Notes: generated by a model from the sequence alone, not told the origin. 63,106 nt of DNA, filler included, from Klebsormidium nitens (GCA_000708835.1; 5 parts of 5 records of this genome joined end to end with filler, not necessarily neighbours in it), one strand, 5' to 3'. Shown: positions 36,244-49,145, counted from the first letter of the whole stretch. Numbers and translations are program-made.

Positions 36244-39200
36244 TTACAGGCGGCCCCCGAAAACGGTAGCGTGGAAGGCAAACGCTAGCACGACTCCCGC
36301 TACCCCCCCCACCGCAACTTCCAACTTGGAGTGCCCAACCGCTTCCTTTAGCGGAACGTGCCGCCACGCTTTTGGGTACCCCTCTGCCAAACCTCGCCCC
36401 TCCGAGAAGCTCTCACCCCGTCTAGCAACGTCCCCGGCCCCGTTACTTTCTCGAACATCTTTCGATCGGTAAGCTGGGCTGTACGACCATTCCTCTTCCT
36501 TCGAAACCCCCTCTCCCCCTTCCACGTTCATCCTCTTAATCCAGGCAGCCCCCTCAGGGGCAGACAGTGCTTCTTCCAGCTTGTCCGTTACACTCCTCGT
36601 GGCACGGTCCGATTGAGACGCTCGACCGCTCGATTCGCGCCACGTGTCCCTTTCCGAACCAGGCCTCCCGGCGGCTGTTTCGACCCACCTTCCAGAAGGC
36701 CCTGTTTGCGAGGTGCTTGCATGTTTACTAGTGTTCGCAACCAACATTTTCTCTGCCTGCGGGGCCTCCCTTTGCTCCGCTTCGTCGAGCAACTTTGCGG
36801 GGGGCTCAGATATCTGGGGGATGACTAAAGAGTTGAGGACCTCCGCTTGTTTGCCGACAGCGTATCGCACCCCCTGGAACCGGAAACAGACGGTTGAGTG
36901 CGGATGGAAAACAGTCAGGTTTCGAGCGGTCACGCACGCCAGGGTTTTTCTGCGGACAGCAGAAGGGCGGTCGATGACGGTAGAGTATATCGGCAAAGAA
37001 TTCAGATCAAGTTTCCTCATCCGATCGTTGGACGCTCAAAGTGTTCAGAACAAAGTGCGAAGTTGACACGACTGGACAAACGAGAAGGGCATTGGGCAGT
37101 CTGCAAGGTTTGGATCTTGTGACGAGCTGAGGGAGATTGCAGATAGATCCTGGCGTTCCCGTTGTAGTCACGTCACAGCCTTTGCATAGCCGGAAACATT
37201 GTTCGAGACGAAGAACATGACGTACCTGTGCGTCATACATGACGATGCAAGCCAGTACCACGCAGATTGCGAAGAGATCATCGTCGAGCCCCCTGCAAAG
37301 AAGCAGAGTAGGAGGGTTCGTACACGGTTTGCTCAATTCTCCTCTTGCTTTCCCCGCAGGTAGGTTTTACGACAGAGCGCTGTGCGGCTGCTTTCAAGCA
37401 AAGCCTGGCCGCAGTTTCAACACACTCGAAGCGTCTGGTAGGAGGTTGCGCTAAGGAAGCGGACCCAAAAGTTCCTGGACGAGGGAATCCAAAAGCTTAA
37501 TTCTCGTTCATCAACTTTTAATCAAGTACAGCAAGGTGAAGTTTTGGTGGCTCAATTGACCCACATCATCACACCACCCTTCAAAGTCTGGTCATCGAGG
37601 GCCAATAGACGTCGACAGCACGCCAAAGGAATTTACCCCTAGCGCATGCTTCTCAAGAACAGACGTCAGTGACTTGATTTGAAGTGAAGAAGCCCGTCTG
37701 TAAGCCGGCTATACAGTCGCTGTTACTACCAGGCGACATCCTCTAGCGGATTGCCCCTCGGAACGACCAAAAGAAACGACTGCAACAAGATCTTTCAGAA
37801 TGTAAATAGGCATTTGGAAAGGTTTCAAGCGAGCGATTTTCTCTAGAGTTTGTGCTTACCTTTCGAGGCCAACAGCCGTTGCCAAGGCAGTGACACTGGA
37901 GGTGTGAGATGAAGGCATGCCTCCCGACTTGTACACCAATCGCCAGTTGAGGGGCTTGCCCTCAGCCAGGGCGGCAAACGGCTTCAACCCCTGGCACAGG
38001 ACGCATGCGGCTGCGGTGGTAACCAAGACCTGGAAGGAGGCAAGAACTTGTGTAAGAGAAAGCACTGAAAGAAAGACTCTGACCGGTGTCAATCGGTAGG
38101 CTTGGGGCCTAGAAGGTGACTGATTACTTCATTGACACCATCCCTGAGACTTGGCTAGAAAGCTTACCCTTAAAGAGACGGCTGAAGAGATGCCTTGCTC
38201 ACAGACACTCTCAGTCTCTGCGCCGACTATATGAGCGAACTGCTTAATGACCACCAATCAAGTCCTTGCGTTATAATGTGGTGAAATTGTTAGTGTTACC
38301 GACGTGGTCCATTGCTTGTTAACCTCCAATATGATGGTCAGCTTTATCTTCTAGGCTCTTGCCACTTAGCTGGCTCTTCCGTGCTCAAGAGAGAATCTAC
38401 CAGTCTCTCAGTTCAAGAAAACTTGTTGTTCAAGCATAGAAGAGCCTCGGATAAGTTTTCCCAATGCTGAGGAGCTTGTGACAAAAGTGCAGAAGTGGTC
38501 ATGTCATAGGTCCTATGCAAAATTCTAGCGACAGTCGCAGCCAACATCAATGAAAAAGTCGAACAAAACCCAGATGCAACGACCACGATCTTTCCTCACC
38601 AGGCAATTTATAATAAAGATGGATCAAAGGGCAGGGGGGCGACAAGGTCAGAGCCTGGGGAAACAGGTGCCACATGCTCAAAGGCTATTCAAGGACCATG
38701 GAAGCAGACAACCGACGCCCTTGGAAGTTCTACAGGAAGTCTTCTCCATCAGTACAGGACGAGACTGGCCTTTGGTGACGAATGCTCATAAGCTTTCTAG
38801 AGACGTTCAACAGATACCTCAGATTCACAGAAATAGGACATGGACAAAGGTTCTCCATGGCACTCAAACACGCGTGTCACAGCTGCCTGAAACTTTCGAT
38901 GCACTTTTTGACTGTTCTTTGTTGACGCCCTTCAGTTCCTCTTCTGTCCTAGTCATAAACTATTGCGTGACTTCAGGGCTTTGCTGGCTGCCCAACCTAC
39001 TTCTGCAAGAAACCCTGCTTCCTCTATTCTTGGTCCACATAAACGATTTGACTCTTGGATGCACAGCCACTGTACTGACCCACTAAAAGTATTGACTTCT
39101 TCAACACATCTCAAATGACCTGTGGGAGCAGAAGATAGAGAATAGATTGCGATGATCTTGTTAGCCTACTGTGCGCTCTCTTTCATCTATCCAACAGCAC

Positions 39201-39592
39201 TTAGTCTATGCTGTTGCACGCAGTATAGTTGGAGAAGAAGGCGACTGTGTCAGTCTCCTTACCTCATTGTGGAGAATGCCAGACAAGGCCGCACGCACCC
39301 CTGACGCCCTTCTTTCCTTTGCCTCTTCTGGCAATGCCCTTCTTGCACACAGATCTCTAGATGGAGTTGTCCCTGCCAACCAGCTGCTGCTGAAAGACCG
39401 ACTTTGCCAGATGCACTTCCTTTTGACTGCTGAGTTTGTGATGAGTGGGTGGCAGAAAGGAGAAGCTCGAGCAGGTGCTTTCGACGCTGTCTGAGCCAGA
39501 GTGACTCGCTGTGAAAATCGTCTGCGAGTGTCTGTTCGGAGAGAGGCAAGGGAATCGACTATGGAGAGCTGGTCTGCCACCACCAGAGCCAT
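36244..39592 (-). CDS. DUF212 acid phosphatase/vanadium-dependent haloperoxidase-related protein (4 exons), probable transit peptide
   Basis: SGGMPSSHTSSVTALATAVG, LFAICVVLACIVMYDAQ|GVRYAVGKQAEVLN and GHSKLEVAVG, with in-phase GT-AG junctions. The N-terminus is Ser/Ala/Arg-rich. Confidence 0.9.
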
Positions 39593-40884
39593 TGTAGTTC
39601 AGAAGCTGAACACCTTCATCTTTTAACCATTTTGTCACGCTCGAACAAAAACACGAGCAGAAAGAGTCATATGGCCTTTATGCTATGACGCCAGTAGGTC
39701 TCCCACAAATGAACATGCCTTGCATTTCAATTGCATGGCATTTTGACGCAGCTATGCGATCGAGTAAAACCGTCGCCATTGCTCAACCTTGGAATACTAA
39801 TAGCGCCATTGTAGGCGCCCCCTGGAGATTCAGCTGATGTTGACAGTGCTCCCGAGGGTACGTTGGTTGTTCACCGTTGATTTTCTGGCTCAATGCGGTT
39901 GGACGGTGCTAAACGCCCGGTTGAAACGTGCTGGGGTAGGCGGCCGCACCTGGTTCACTCATGTGGATTCCAGAAGATTCCAACTAGAGCAGGGCGAGTA
40001 TCGTACACCCGGAAGTCCGAGGGGCCAGTTACGGCCGCGGCGAGCGCCTGCCGCGCGGCCGGGCCGCCTGCGGACGTCTAAGTTAGCTCACACAGACGGG
40101 CAGGCTCCGCGTGACCGTGCATGCACAGCAGGGCATGGTTTCCCCAAGGACACCAACTTCTTATGAATGATCTGGCAACACGTCTGCCTGCACGCAGCAA
40201 AATTGAATTGGATAACACGACAGCCTGCGGCAAAAATCAGTCAGCAATCTTATTCGATCTTAGTAAGTCCGGCAGTGATGTCTTTGCATCGCTGTCTTTC
40301 AGGCTCGACCTGGTCGATCTGTTTATCATGTAAAATGCCAATTCAGACTGAGAAAGCTGTTCCTAATATTGGGCGCACCCACTAATTGGCCTTCATCATT
40401 GTATCTAGTGTAGTGTCTGATTATCTTGCCCTCGTGCAACCACTACGACTAATGTTGAGGCCCTAGTATCTTTCGAAAGTCCAGCCAAACATTGCTTTAA
40501 TCCAATCGGATGTCTTTACATCCATTTCAACTATTCGTTTATACTTATCTACCTGAGCACTCAGGTCAGAAGCACATCCAGGACTCCACCAGCCCAGTAT
40601 CCCCTTGGAAACCTCCGTATTTCCATGGGGTTTCCGCAATCAAGCTTGCTTTCGATACACCTAATACGTCCCCAGTCCTCCCGCCTTCTAAGTTAGCTGG
40701 AGAAAGACAGTTCATTCTAACAGTGCCCCATGAGGCGCTATCTGAGACCAAAGCGTCAAACGTGCCTTCTCCTATGTAAAACAGTCTGTACAAGCAGCAG
40801 TGCCTCGGCTGCCGCTACAAGCTACTTGGATCAATCTCCTGCTTGTCATTCCTATTCGTATGAGTATGTTAAAAAGGAACAATA

Positions 40885-42975
40885 TTACAAAGCGTCATCA
40901 ATCTGCAGGCCGTGCTTCAGAGCGCGGTCCGCCGCCGACATGGCGGTCACGCTGCACTCGACGACGCCGCTGCACGGCTCCGACAGAAACGAGGGAGTGT
41001 CCTGGTGGGGGGAGATGAGCGCGCCTGCACGATAAGCCAATGTGGGGATGAGGTTCAGGCGTGAATGACTTGAAATCCAAAGGGAGATGTCTGAATCATC
41101 GGAAAATGTTTCGCTGCTTTGCTTCTTGACTTACACGTGGCAGCACCTCGGACGCTCGGTGCCAGCAACTGAGTCTTGCTTGTTTGCTTTCAACGCAAAG
41201 TTTACGAAGTCCGACGTCGACGAAGCTGTCCGGAGTCTGCTTTCGGACTTCGATGGACGTCTCGATCCGTTTACATATGATTCCAGATGTAGACTGGTAG
41301 CAGAAGCTGGCGACTGCTTAGTACCGTCCAATGATGGAGGTTTTGAAAACCGGGATTGAAATTCTTGCTCCACCCCTGAACCCTAACTGCAAACGTCTTT
41401 ATGGCGGAGCTTCTAAGGGAATCGTTTTGACAGAGGCCTTTCATCCGTTAAGCAGGGTGTCCAGAAAATGAACGCTCCGAATGAGAGTTTGGGAACATGT
41501 GACGGCTTATCTGCAGTCTGGCAGGCCCGCATGGTCTTGCAGTGCTCAGCCTCGTCGTTCCTGATGTTGATAAACACGTCGTACAGGTTCTCTGCACAAC
41601 AAACCACCCGTCAGAATCATCGTCCTTTTCTTTGTTGTAAAGAGGTGCTTTGCAAAGAGGTGCTTCGATCCTGGCCGAAACCTGGGTGCTGCAAGCTAGC
41701 CGCTGAGATGGGCGGCACATTGCGTGTGAGGATCTCGGTGCTGCTAAAACCTTTCTTGTTGATGCAACTGAAGCTTTCGCGATCGGTGCGCAGTACATTC
41801 TTCGAGAGCCGGACTTTGTTCCGCCGCTAAGCCGCTCCGCTCACCAATCTTTGGTCGCCTTTCTCCGGGCACCTGTGCCGTTTAGAACTCATCTGCGCGG
41901 AGCGAAAGGGAACGGAATCTTCAGTTTGGTTCAATAAGTGTTCGCGCTCCTGCTCGGAAACGGAAGGAATGCCTCCGTTCGATACTATCAGGCACGGATC
42001 CATTTCGAGCAACACTGTTCGCAGTCTGCTAAGCGAATCGCCCCCACATTGCTCACGGGAGTTTCAATCTCCAAGACCCGCCAATTCGAAGGCGGTGCAC
42101 CGACCACAAAGCAAGATTGGAAACAGACGGCTCTGTTCAAGTTCGATTCTACGCCAATTTGGAGCCGGCTTATAGCCTCACCAAACATGTACAGGTCTCC
42201 TTCGGTGTAGTACCGGACGGCGACCTCCGGCGGCGGCTTGAGCTTGAGCTTGTCGCCGAACTCCTTGACGAACTTGTCGTACGTATGATAGGCGTGCTTC
42301 TCCACGCACTCGTTCAGATGGTCTGCAAGCGGACGTGCACGGAGTCAGCTCTCCCGTGATACTTGTGTGGCAGGCAGACGGAAAGGAGAGACGAGGACTC
42401 GGTGCAAGGCAATGACTAAAGAAGAACCGCGCCTTTCCACCGTCACGCCTAAGCTGACGGGAGAGCTGACACCGTGCAGCTCTCCCGTGACGCTTGTGTG
42501 TCGGCAAACGGAAAGGAGAGACGGGACTCGGTGCAAGGTAATGACTAGAACGACCCGCGCGTTCTTACCATCACGCCTAAGCTTTTAGCGCACGCAGTGT
42601 TCCGCCTCAGAAGCAGCCGATGCGGAAAGAGGAAGAGGCAAGAGAACGGAAGAAGAAAGCAACGACAGGATCGTTTTAGTATCACTCAAAACGGCCACGT
42701 CCAAGCACTGGCCGCCACGTGTGACACAGAAACAAGCCTTTGACACTCACAGGACATCCTGGGACTGACAATGTACATGAGCGCCGCGACGGTGTAATAC
42801 GCGACTGCCACGTGTTGCGCCAGGAAACGGTCGAGCCAGCGCTTGTCGCCCCCGAGCGCCTCCATGATTAGCAAGTGGTGCAGCTCGTTCCACGACTCGG
42901 CGAAGTGGACTTTGAGGTAGTCCGCGCGGCGCCACCAGCCGAAGCTTTCGTACACGTGGAGGACGGACAGGTAGG
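40885..42975 (-). pseudogene. PTOX: Plastid terminal oxidase (IMMUTANS-like), 3' five exons, with two inactivating lesions; 5' exons not visible
   Basis: SVLHVYESFGWWRRADYLKVHFAESWNELHHLLIMEALGG, ECVEKHAY, DEF*T..RRPKI, ENLYDVFINIRNDEAEHCKTMRACQ and LISPH..CSGVVEC. TAA at 41882-41884 replaces the conserved Gln, and the donor reads ATAAGC instead of GTAAGC at 41510. Confidence 0.9.
42340..42590. repeat. Two ~128-bp direct repeats with a junctional hairpin inside a PTOX intron
   Basis: CAGCTCTCCCGTGA...GGAAAGGAGAGACG..GACTCGGTGCAAGG..CACGCCTAAGCT occurs twice. CGGGAGAGCTG-acaccgtg-CAGCTCTCCCG hairpin at ~42458-42490. Confidence 0.85.
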
Positions 42976-43952
42976 CTGCGTAAAAGGAGTTGGATTCTGG
43001 ATTTAGAGCTTGCGATCTCAAGGGTTTCAGGACTTGTTATTGTTGGACGGTATCAATCTATTCCTGCCGAGGTGGACTTTTGAGACCTTCCTATTCCAGA
43101 ATGCATTAGGGNNNNNNNNNNNNNNNNNNNNNNNNNNNNNNNNNNNNNNNNNNNNNNNNNNNNNNNNNNNNNNNNNNNNNNNNNNNNNNNNNNNNNNNNN
43201 NNNNNNNNNNNNNNNNNNNNNNNNNNNNNNNNNNNNNNNNNNNNNNNNNNNNNNNNNNNNNNNNNNNNNNNNNNNNNNNNNNNNNNNNNNNNNNNNNNNN
43301 NNNNNNNNNNNNNNNNNNNNNNNNNNNNNNNNNNNNNNNNNNNNNNNNNNNNNNNNNNNNNNNNNNNNNNNNNNNNNNNNNNNNNNNNNNNNNNNNNNNN
43401 NNNNNNNNNNNNNNNNNNNNNNNNNNNNNNNNNNNNNNNNNNNNNNNNNNNNNNNNNNNNNNNNNNNNNNNNNNNNNNNNNNNNNNNNNNNNNNNNNNNN
43501 NNNNNNNNNNNNNNNNNNNNNNNNNNNNNNNNNNNNNNNNNNNNNNNNNNNNNNNNNNNNNNNNNNNNNNNNNNNNNNNNNNNNNNNNNNNNNNNNNNNN
43601 NNNNNNNNNNNNNNNNNNNNNNNNNNNNNNNNNNNNNNNNNNNNNNNNNNNNNNNNNNNNNNNNNNNNNNNNNNNNNNNNNNNNNNNNNNNNNNNNNNNN
43701 NNNNNNNNNNNNNNNNNNNNNNNNNNNNNNNNNNNNNNNNNNNNNNNNNNNNNNNNNNNNNNNNNNNNNNNNNNNNNNNNNNNNNNNNNNNNNNNNNNNN
43801 NNNNNNNNNNNNNNNNNNNNNNNNNNNNNNNNNNNNNNNNNNNNNNNNNNNNNNNNNNNNNNNNNNNNNNNNNNNNNNNNNNNNNNNNNNNNNNNNNNNN
43901 NNNNNNNNNNNNNNNNNNNNNNNNNNNNNNNNNNNNNNNNNNNNNNNNNNNN

Positions 43953-46417
43953 GCTGCTCCAGAACATGGTTTTCGTCTACAGGCTTGTGGTTCAGATGGC
44001 GCGTACTGTGCCTCAGATGTCGGGCAGACTCCCATTGTTTGAGAAGCTGGAACGCCACTCAGGTAGGCAATCTGCTGCATCTGCGCTTTCCCACCATCTG
44101 CTTGAGCTTCAGACCTTTCTCAAAGCTTGTTTTACAATCTGCAAGCCCCCTCCTATCGTGGCGGGTCACTTGCACTTTTTGTGTAATAGAGCAGATTAAG
44201 GTTGAGTGCCTCCAAATTAAGGCGAGTCTTCTTGAAGAGGAGCAGACCAAGGTCAGGATCCTCCAGAGTATTTAAATGTGTGACCTTGTGTTTGATGCGT
44301 GGCAGGCGGGACAGTGGTGATCTTGGATGACGGCGTGCGCAAAAGCATTCCAGACTTCGAAAGGTACAGCAAGGACTACGAGACCAGCTTTGACGCTGTC
44401 AAGCGTGCATATGCGGCAGCAAAAGCAGCGGCCAAGGAGGCGGCCGCTCAAGGCCGGCAGCCCTTCATGATAAGTGCAACGACAGGCCCGCAGCTGGAAG
44501 GCCGTCGAAAAACTTACCTGGTGGAGACGACACCCCTGGGCTACTACAAGGAACCATCTACTGTGCGGGTGAGTCTTTTGTGGTTGATCAGGCAGTATTT
44601 ATCACTACGTGTTTGAGCATCCTGTAGATATTTGGGCAAACCGAGGCAACGTTTTCTGGTGCTTCGATACGACCTTTAGCGCTGTGCATACCTGAAAGAT
44701 GGAAAAGCCTCCTTTCGAGAGTTTTGTCACCAGCACTTTTCGAGTTTCCATCGCCCACTGTAAGTGGTACCTGAGCCCTTTTGAGAGCGCTTTCTCAACC
44801 AGGTGCCTAATGTTCGGAAGGAACTCTGAAGTGCATATTCCATGCGCATACATACTGGAGCTTTCTGTCGAAAAGGAGCTCTTCATAAATACGGAGAGCT
44901 GAAGNNNNNNNNNNNNNNNNNNNNNNNNNNNNNNNNNNNNNNNNNNNNNNNNNNNNNNNNNNNNNNNNNNNNNNNNNNNNNNNNNNNNNNNNNNNNNNNN
45001 NNNNNNNNNNNNNNNNNNNNNNNNNNNNNNNNNNNNNNNNNNNNNNNNNNNNNNNNNNNNNNNNNNNNNNNNNNNNNNNNNNNNNNNNNNNNNNNNNNNN
45101 NNNNNNNNNNNNNNNNNNNNNNNNNNNNNNNNNNNNNNNNNNNNNNNNNNNNNNNNNNNNNNNNNNNNNNNNNNNNNNNNNNNNNNNNNNNNNNNNNNNN
45201 NNNNNNNNNNNNNNNNNNNNNNNNNNNNNNNNNNNNNNNNNNNNNNNNNNNNNNNNNNNNNNNNNNNNNNNNNNNNNNNNNNNNNNNNNNNNNNNNNNNN
45301 NNNNNNNNNNNNNNNNNNNNNNNNNNNNNNNNNNNNNNNNNNNNNNNNNNNNNNNNNNNNNNNNNNNNNNNNNNNNNNNNNNNNNNNNNNNNNNNNNNNN
45401 NNNNNNNNNNNNNNNNNNNNNNNNNNNNNNNNNNNNNNNNNNNNNNNNNNNNNNNNNNNNNNNNNNNNNNNNNNNNNNNNNNNNNNNNNNNNNNNNNNNN
45501 NNNNNNNNNNNNNNNNNNNNNNNNNNNNNNNNNNNNNNNNNNNNNNNNNNNNNNNNNNNNNNNNNNNNNNNNNNNNNNNNNNNNNNNNNNNNNNNNNNNN
45601 NNNNNNNNNNNNNNNNNNNNNNNNNNNNNNNNNNNNNNNNNNNNNNNNNNNNNNNNNNNNNNNNNNNNNNNNNNNNNNNNNNNNNNNNNNNNNNNNNNNN
45701 NNNNNNNNNTCAAACTTGCGTTATTTGCACAGTCGATCAACCTGCAATATGCGGCCTTCCCCAGCTCTGTGTGTCAACATCCGGCGCACTTGGCAGCATG
45801 GTTCGAAAGTTGCAGCAGGGCCAACACTAACGTTCTGGGAAAGAAGGCACAGCGGACATTTCTGCAATTGTCTGTTTCTGCAGTATCTTGCTTGTAGAGG
45901 AGGCATCATTCTCTGGGCCTTTCAGCATCCAGGTTTACCGTTCCCTGCATTCTGGTTGCAGGAAGCAAGGGCACTGGCCCTTGCATGCTGTGAGACAGCC
46001 CGGGTGCTCCATGCGGAAGGCGTTGTGCACAGGGATTTTCGATTACCGAATGTTGTGTGTTTGGGGCCGCGCACAAGCGACGAAGACAGTTTGGGGACGG
46101 AGGTCGGGACTTCCGGAGGGAACGATGAGGACTTGGCATTTCTGGTAATAGATCTGGAGGGAGCCGCTGAAGAGGGGGCGGAAGTGAGCCCAGATTGTGG
46201 TCTTGCGCTTGCCAGCAGGGATGGGGTTCTGGACGAGAACGGGACATTCACTGCGGCTAGCGATATGTTTGAGATCGGCATGGTGCTGCAGTCCATCCTA
46301 CGCCAGCTTGGAGCGTACCACGGTGAATCCAAGGCGTTTGTTCGGGCCCTCAAACGGAAAGAACTGAGTGCCCTAGAAGCCCTTGATCATCCTTGGTTGA
46401 GGGGACTCGGGAATTGA
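43953..46417 (+). CDS. Crinkler-like/atypical protein kinase, multi-exon, two N gaps
   Basis: The last exon 45962-46417 has VVHRDFRLPNVV, LVIDLE, ASDMFEIG and ALEALDHPWL. Upstream exons at 43953-44061 and ~44307-44567 splice in phase (LERHS|GGTVVILDDGVRKSI). Confidence 0.75.
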
Positions 46418-47365
46418 GAACTCGCATGAGAAGCAGCTTCAGGTCCAAGTGGAGCTTCCAAGGCCGACGAACGAGCAAGTCGAATGCCCTGAGATCATTA
46501 GATGCAATCCCTTCTTTTAGAAAATTGTTGGAGTGAGGATGTTTACTGAATCAAGACGACCCTTCTCCTTGTCCTTGTCCGTGTCCTTGTCCATGCGGAA
46601 GTAAATCTGATGGTCCTTGTCGGATTCATTCGATTGGCTAATATATGCTAGAACCAGTTCCAGCATCCTGTTTGTGACCTTTGTAATACAAATGCTATCA
46701 TACGTATTGCAATATTTTGAACGGTGACACAAATAAGGAGTTGACATCAAACACTGCCAAACGTAAACAAATGCCGTGCATGCGAATGAAGGCCGACCAT
46801 TGCAAATTGGAGATGTGCAAAAAGAGCATGCCTGTTGCACAAGTGTTTGCAAGTCAATCGCAATCTGGTCACTTTTGCAAGTGAACTTCGTGGTCACTTT
46901 TGCAAGTGAACCAAAGTTCGGTCAGTTAGTGCATCACAGCTGCTGCTATGTACCAAGTTCACCCTTCCACTTTAGCAACGCAAGCATGAAGTTTGGTGCA
47001 AGTTAGATTTGGACCGATAAGATGCTGCCATGTCATACCCTAGAGTACGATACATCTGCGAAAAACGAGGCGTTGCAGCCAATTCAATGTCGTGACTTGA
47101 GTGCCACGGCACCTCATCTCAATGATGCAACTGAAAGCAGTAGCCGTGAGAAGATCTCCAAGAAAGACAATCACAACAGCAACATTATCACACGTACTAG
47201 ACTTGGCGCCAACAACAACAACATGAATATCAGATAAAGTTCGTTGGCCAAGCCAACTCAATGTTAGATGGTGAGCGCCTCAGCACCTCAGATGTCAATC
47301 ACGATCAAGAGCAGCAGCCGTGAAGAGGTCGCCACGGCCTACAAAACCTGACAACGCCGGGCAAC

Positions 47366-48610
47366 CAATAACAATAACAATAACAATAACAATAACAATA
47401 ACAATAACAACAAAGTGCGCTGGCCAAGCCAACTCAAAGTAGCATGTGAGTGCCACGGCACCTCAGAAGTCACTCCTCACTGATACGGCCTACTCCAGCA
47501 ATCATGTAGAGATCACCTCGACCAACAAAGCCGGACATCGCAAGGAGCCTCGCTCCTAACGTGCTCTGCACAGCTCGTGCCGACCGATGGTGGATAGCTT
47601 TGGCCTGACTGCGCTGAAGGCTAACAGAGATACGCTGACGATAATACGTCAGCAATCTAGACGCCTCCTCTCCAACCTGCCCCTCGTCTGCAACTCTCAG
47701 GGCGGCCGTTCGCCGGGCACACGTGCGCAGAAGGCGATCAAAGGGGCCACCGAAGCAGCCGAAGGTCTCCACGGCCGCCGGGATGAGGGTGTCGTCAGGC
47801 GAATGGTCCGCGTACTTGGCTGCCTTGGCAGCCTCAGCAACGCGTGCAGCATGTCCCCGCTCCACCGCCGACTCCGCTGCTGACCGAATGGGGTCCGCCA
47901 CTGTGACTTCAACCAGAAGGCGCGGCCCCCCCCTGAGGATCCGCTGCCACAAGATCCATCACTCTCCCCTCCGTCTCACCCTCTCTCAGTGGAAAGATGC
48001 CCCTCGCCTCTCGCCGCACGCTGTAGCCCGAGTCCCGAAGGATGAAGTACAGAGCATCCCGGATGCCATCATGTGTGAGCGTGCGCTCCCCACCCCGAGA
48101 ACAGCGCAGAAGGTGCTGCCCCGCTGCAATCCCCTCCGGCAGCTCCTCACCGCAGTCACATCGTCGGATCCCCGCAAGGGCCGGATGAGGCAAACCCAGC
48201 CGAATGCGCAGTGCGGTGGTGAAGCACTCGTGCGTGAAACGCAAAGACTGCATGCACGGCACCGCTCCAAGGAAAGCCCCAGCACCCACTCCCGACTCCG
48301 AAAGCAGCCTCGCTCGCCCCATGGAGTCCTCCAGGCTCTCTCTCAAACTCTCAGCAGCCCCCGTCTCGATCGCCCTCGTAAGCTGCTCCTGGATGTCCGG
48401 CACTGCTCCAAGCCCAAGCTGGTGGAAAGGTGGTAGTAGCTGTCGGGCTGAAGCAGGCAGCGCATCCCGGGCTGCTCGAAGAGTGGACTGGAAGTGGAGA
48501 CCCCCAGTCTCGACGCCTGTGGTCACTGCGTCGGGAAGAGAGGGGATCCGAGACCTGACAGGCCGGGCACCTACTCAGATCCCCCTCGGCCGTCCAACAA
48601 TAGCCGCGCG
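47366..48610 (-). mobile_element. 5'-truncated non-LTR retrotransposon of the RLE type (CRE/R2-like), frameshifted, with a (TTGTTA)n tail
   Basis: Post-RT linker ALRIRLG, Zn knuckle CDC..HLLRC, RLE motifs THDGIRD, MDLV, LVEVTV, AKAAKY and IPAAVETFG. Frameshift near 47930-47950, stop at 47470, short 3'UTR, then (AATAAC)n on the plus strand at 47366-47413. No RT domain is present. Confidence 0.88.
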
Positions 48611-48611
48611 C

Positions 48612-49145
48612 ACTAGGGGTCGAAACCTGAAGTCGGAGCCGGTACGGACCCATATAGTACCAATGCAATCACCGGGTACTTCCTAAGTAGGTTACTTAGG
48701 GAGAATTTCTTCTTCCCCAACAGTTGATTACAAAGTTGCATCTTTTCCAGGTATGGCCTTATATACATACATATTGGCTATTAGATCCGAGATTGAGAAC
48801 TCTGTACTACTAATCTGTTATATTCTCTTCCCCAAAAAGTCAATTACAATATTGCATCTTTTCTCAGGTATGGCCTTACATACATACATATTGGCAATTT
48901 GATCCGAGAGGGAAAACTCTCTACTACTAATCTGTTATATTATCTTCTCCAAAAAGTCAATTACAATATTACATCTTTTTCAGGTATGGCCTTACATATA
49001 TATATATCGCCAAATGAGAACCGAAGGGAAACCTCTGTACTGCTAATCTGTTATAATTTCTTCCCCGGAGAAGAAACAAAAAAAATAACAGATTGTAGTA
49101 TAAGAGTTTGGATCCTTTCGGGAGCTTGCTAATATGTATGTATGC
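48612..49145 (-). repeat. Repeat-family element (copy 2), with one more subrepeat than copy 1
   Basis: The reverse complement aligns by eye with 518-935, including the inverted unit and the TTCTTCTCC.GGGAAG centre. Confidence 0.85.

Noticed and set aside
11829-41884. Reassigned genetic code (TAA/TAG = Gln) explaining the in-frame stops
   Set aside because: PTOX, DUF212 and the MS5-like gene end at TAA where homologs are expected to end. In-frame TAA/TAG are too rare in long ORFs, and PTOX also has a splice lesion.
3003-45897. Long ORFs in the track spanning X runs (e.g. 3003-4172, 10485-12137, 43010-44275, 44842-45897)
   Set aside because: Artefacts of translating through N gaps.
48605-48620. 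Helitron 3' end (CTAG-T after the repeat)
   Set aside because: CTAG is present only in copy 2 and there is no GC-rich hairpin at the expected distance.
518-49145. 48-kb element bounded by terminal inverted repeats
   Set aside because: The two copies are separated by two artificial linkers, differ in subrepeat number and enclose ordinary host genes.
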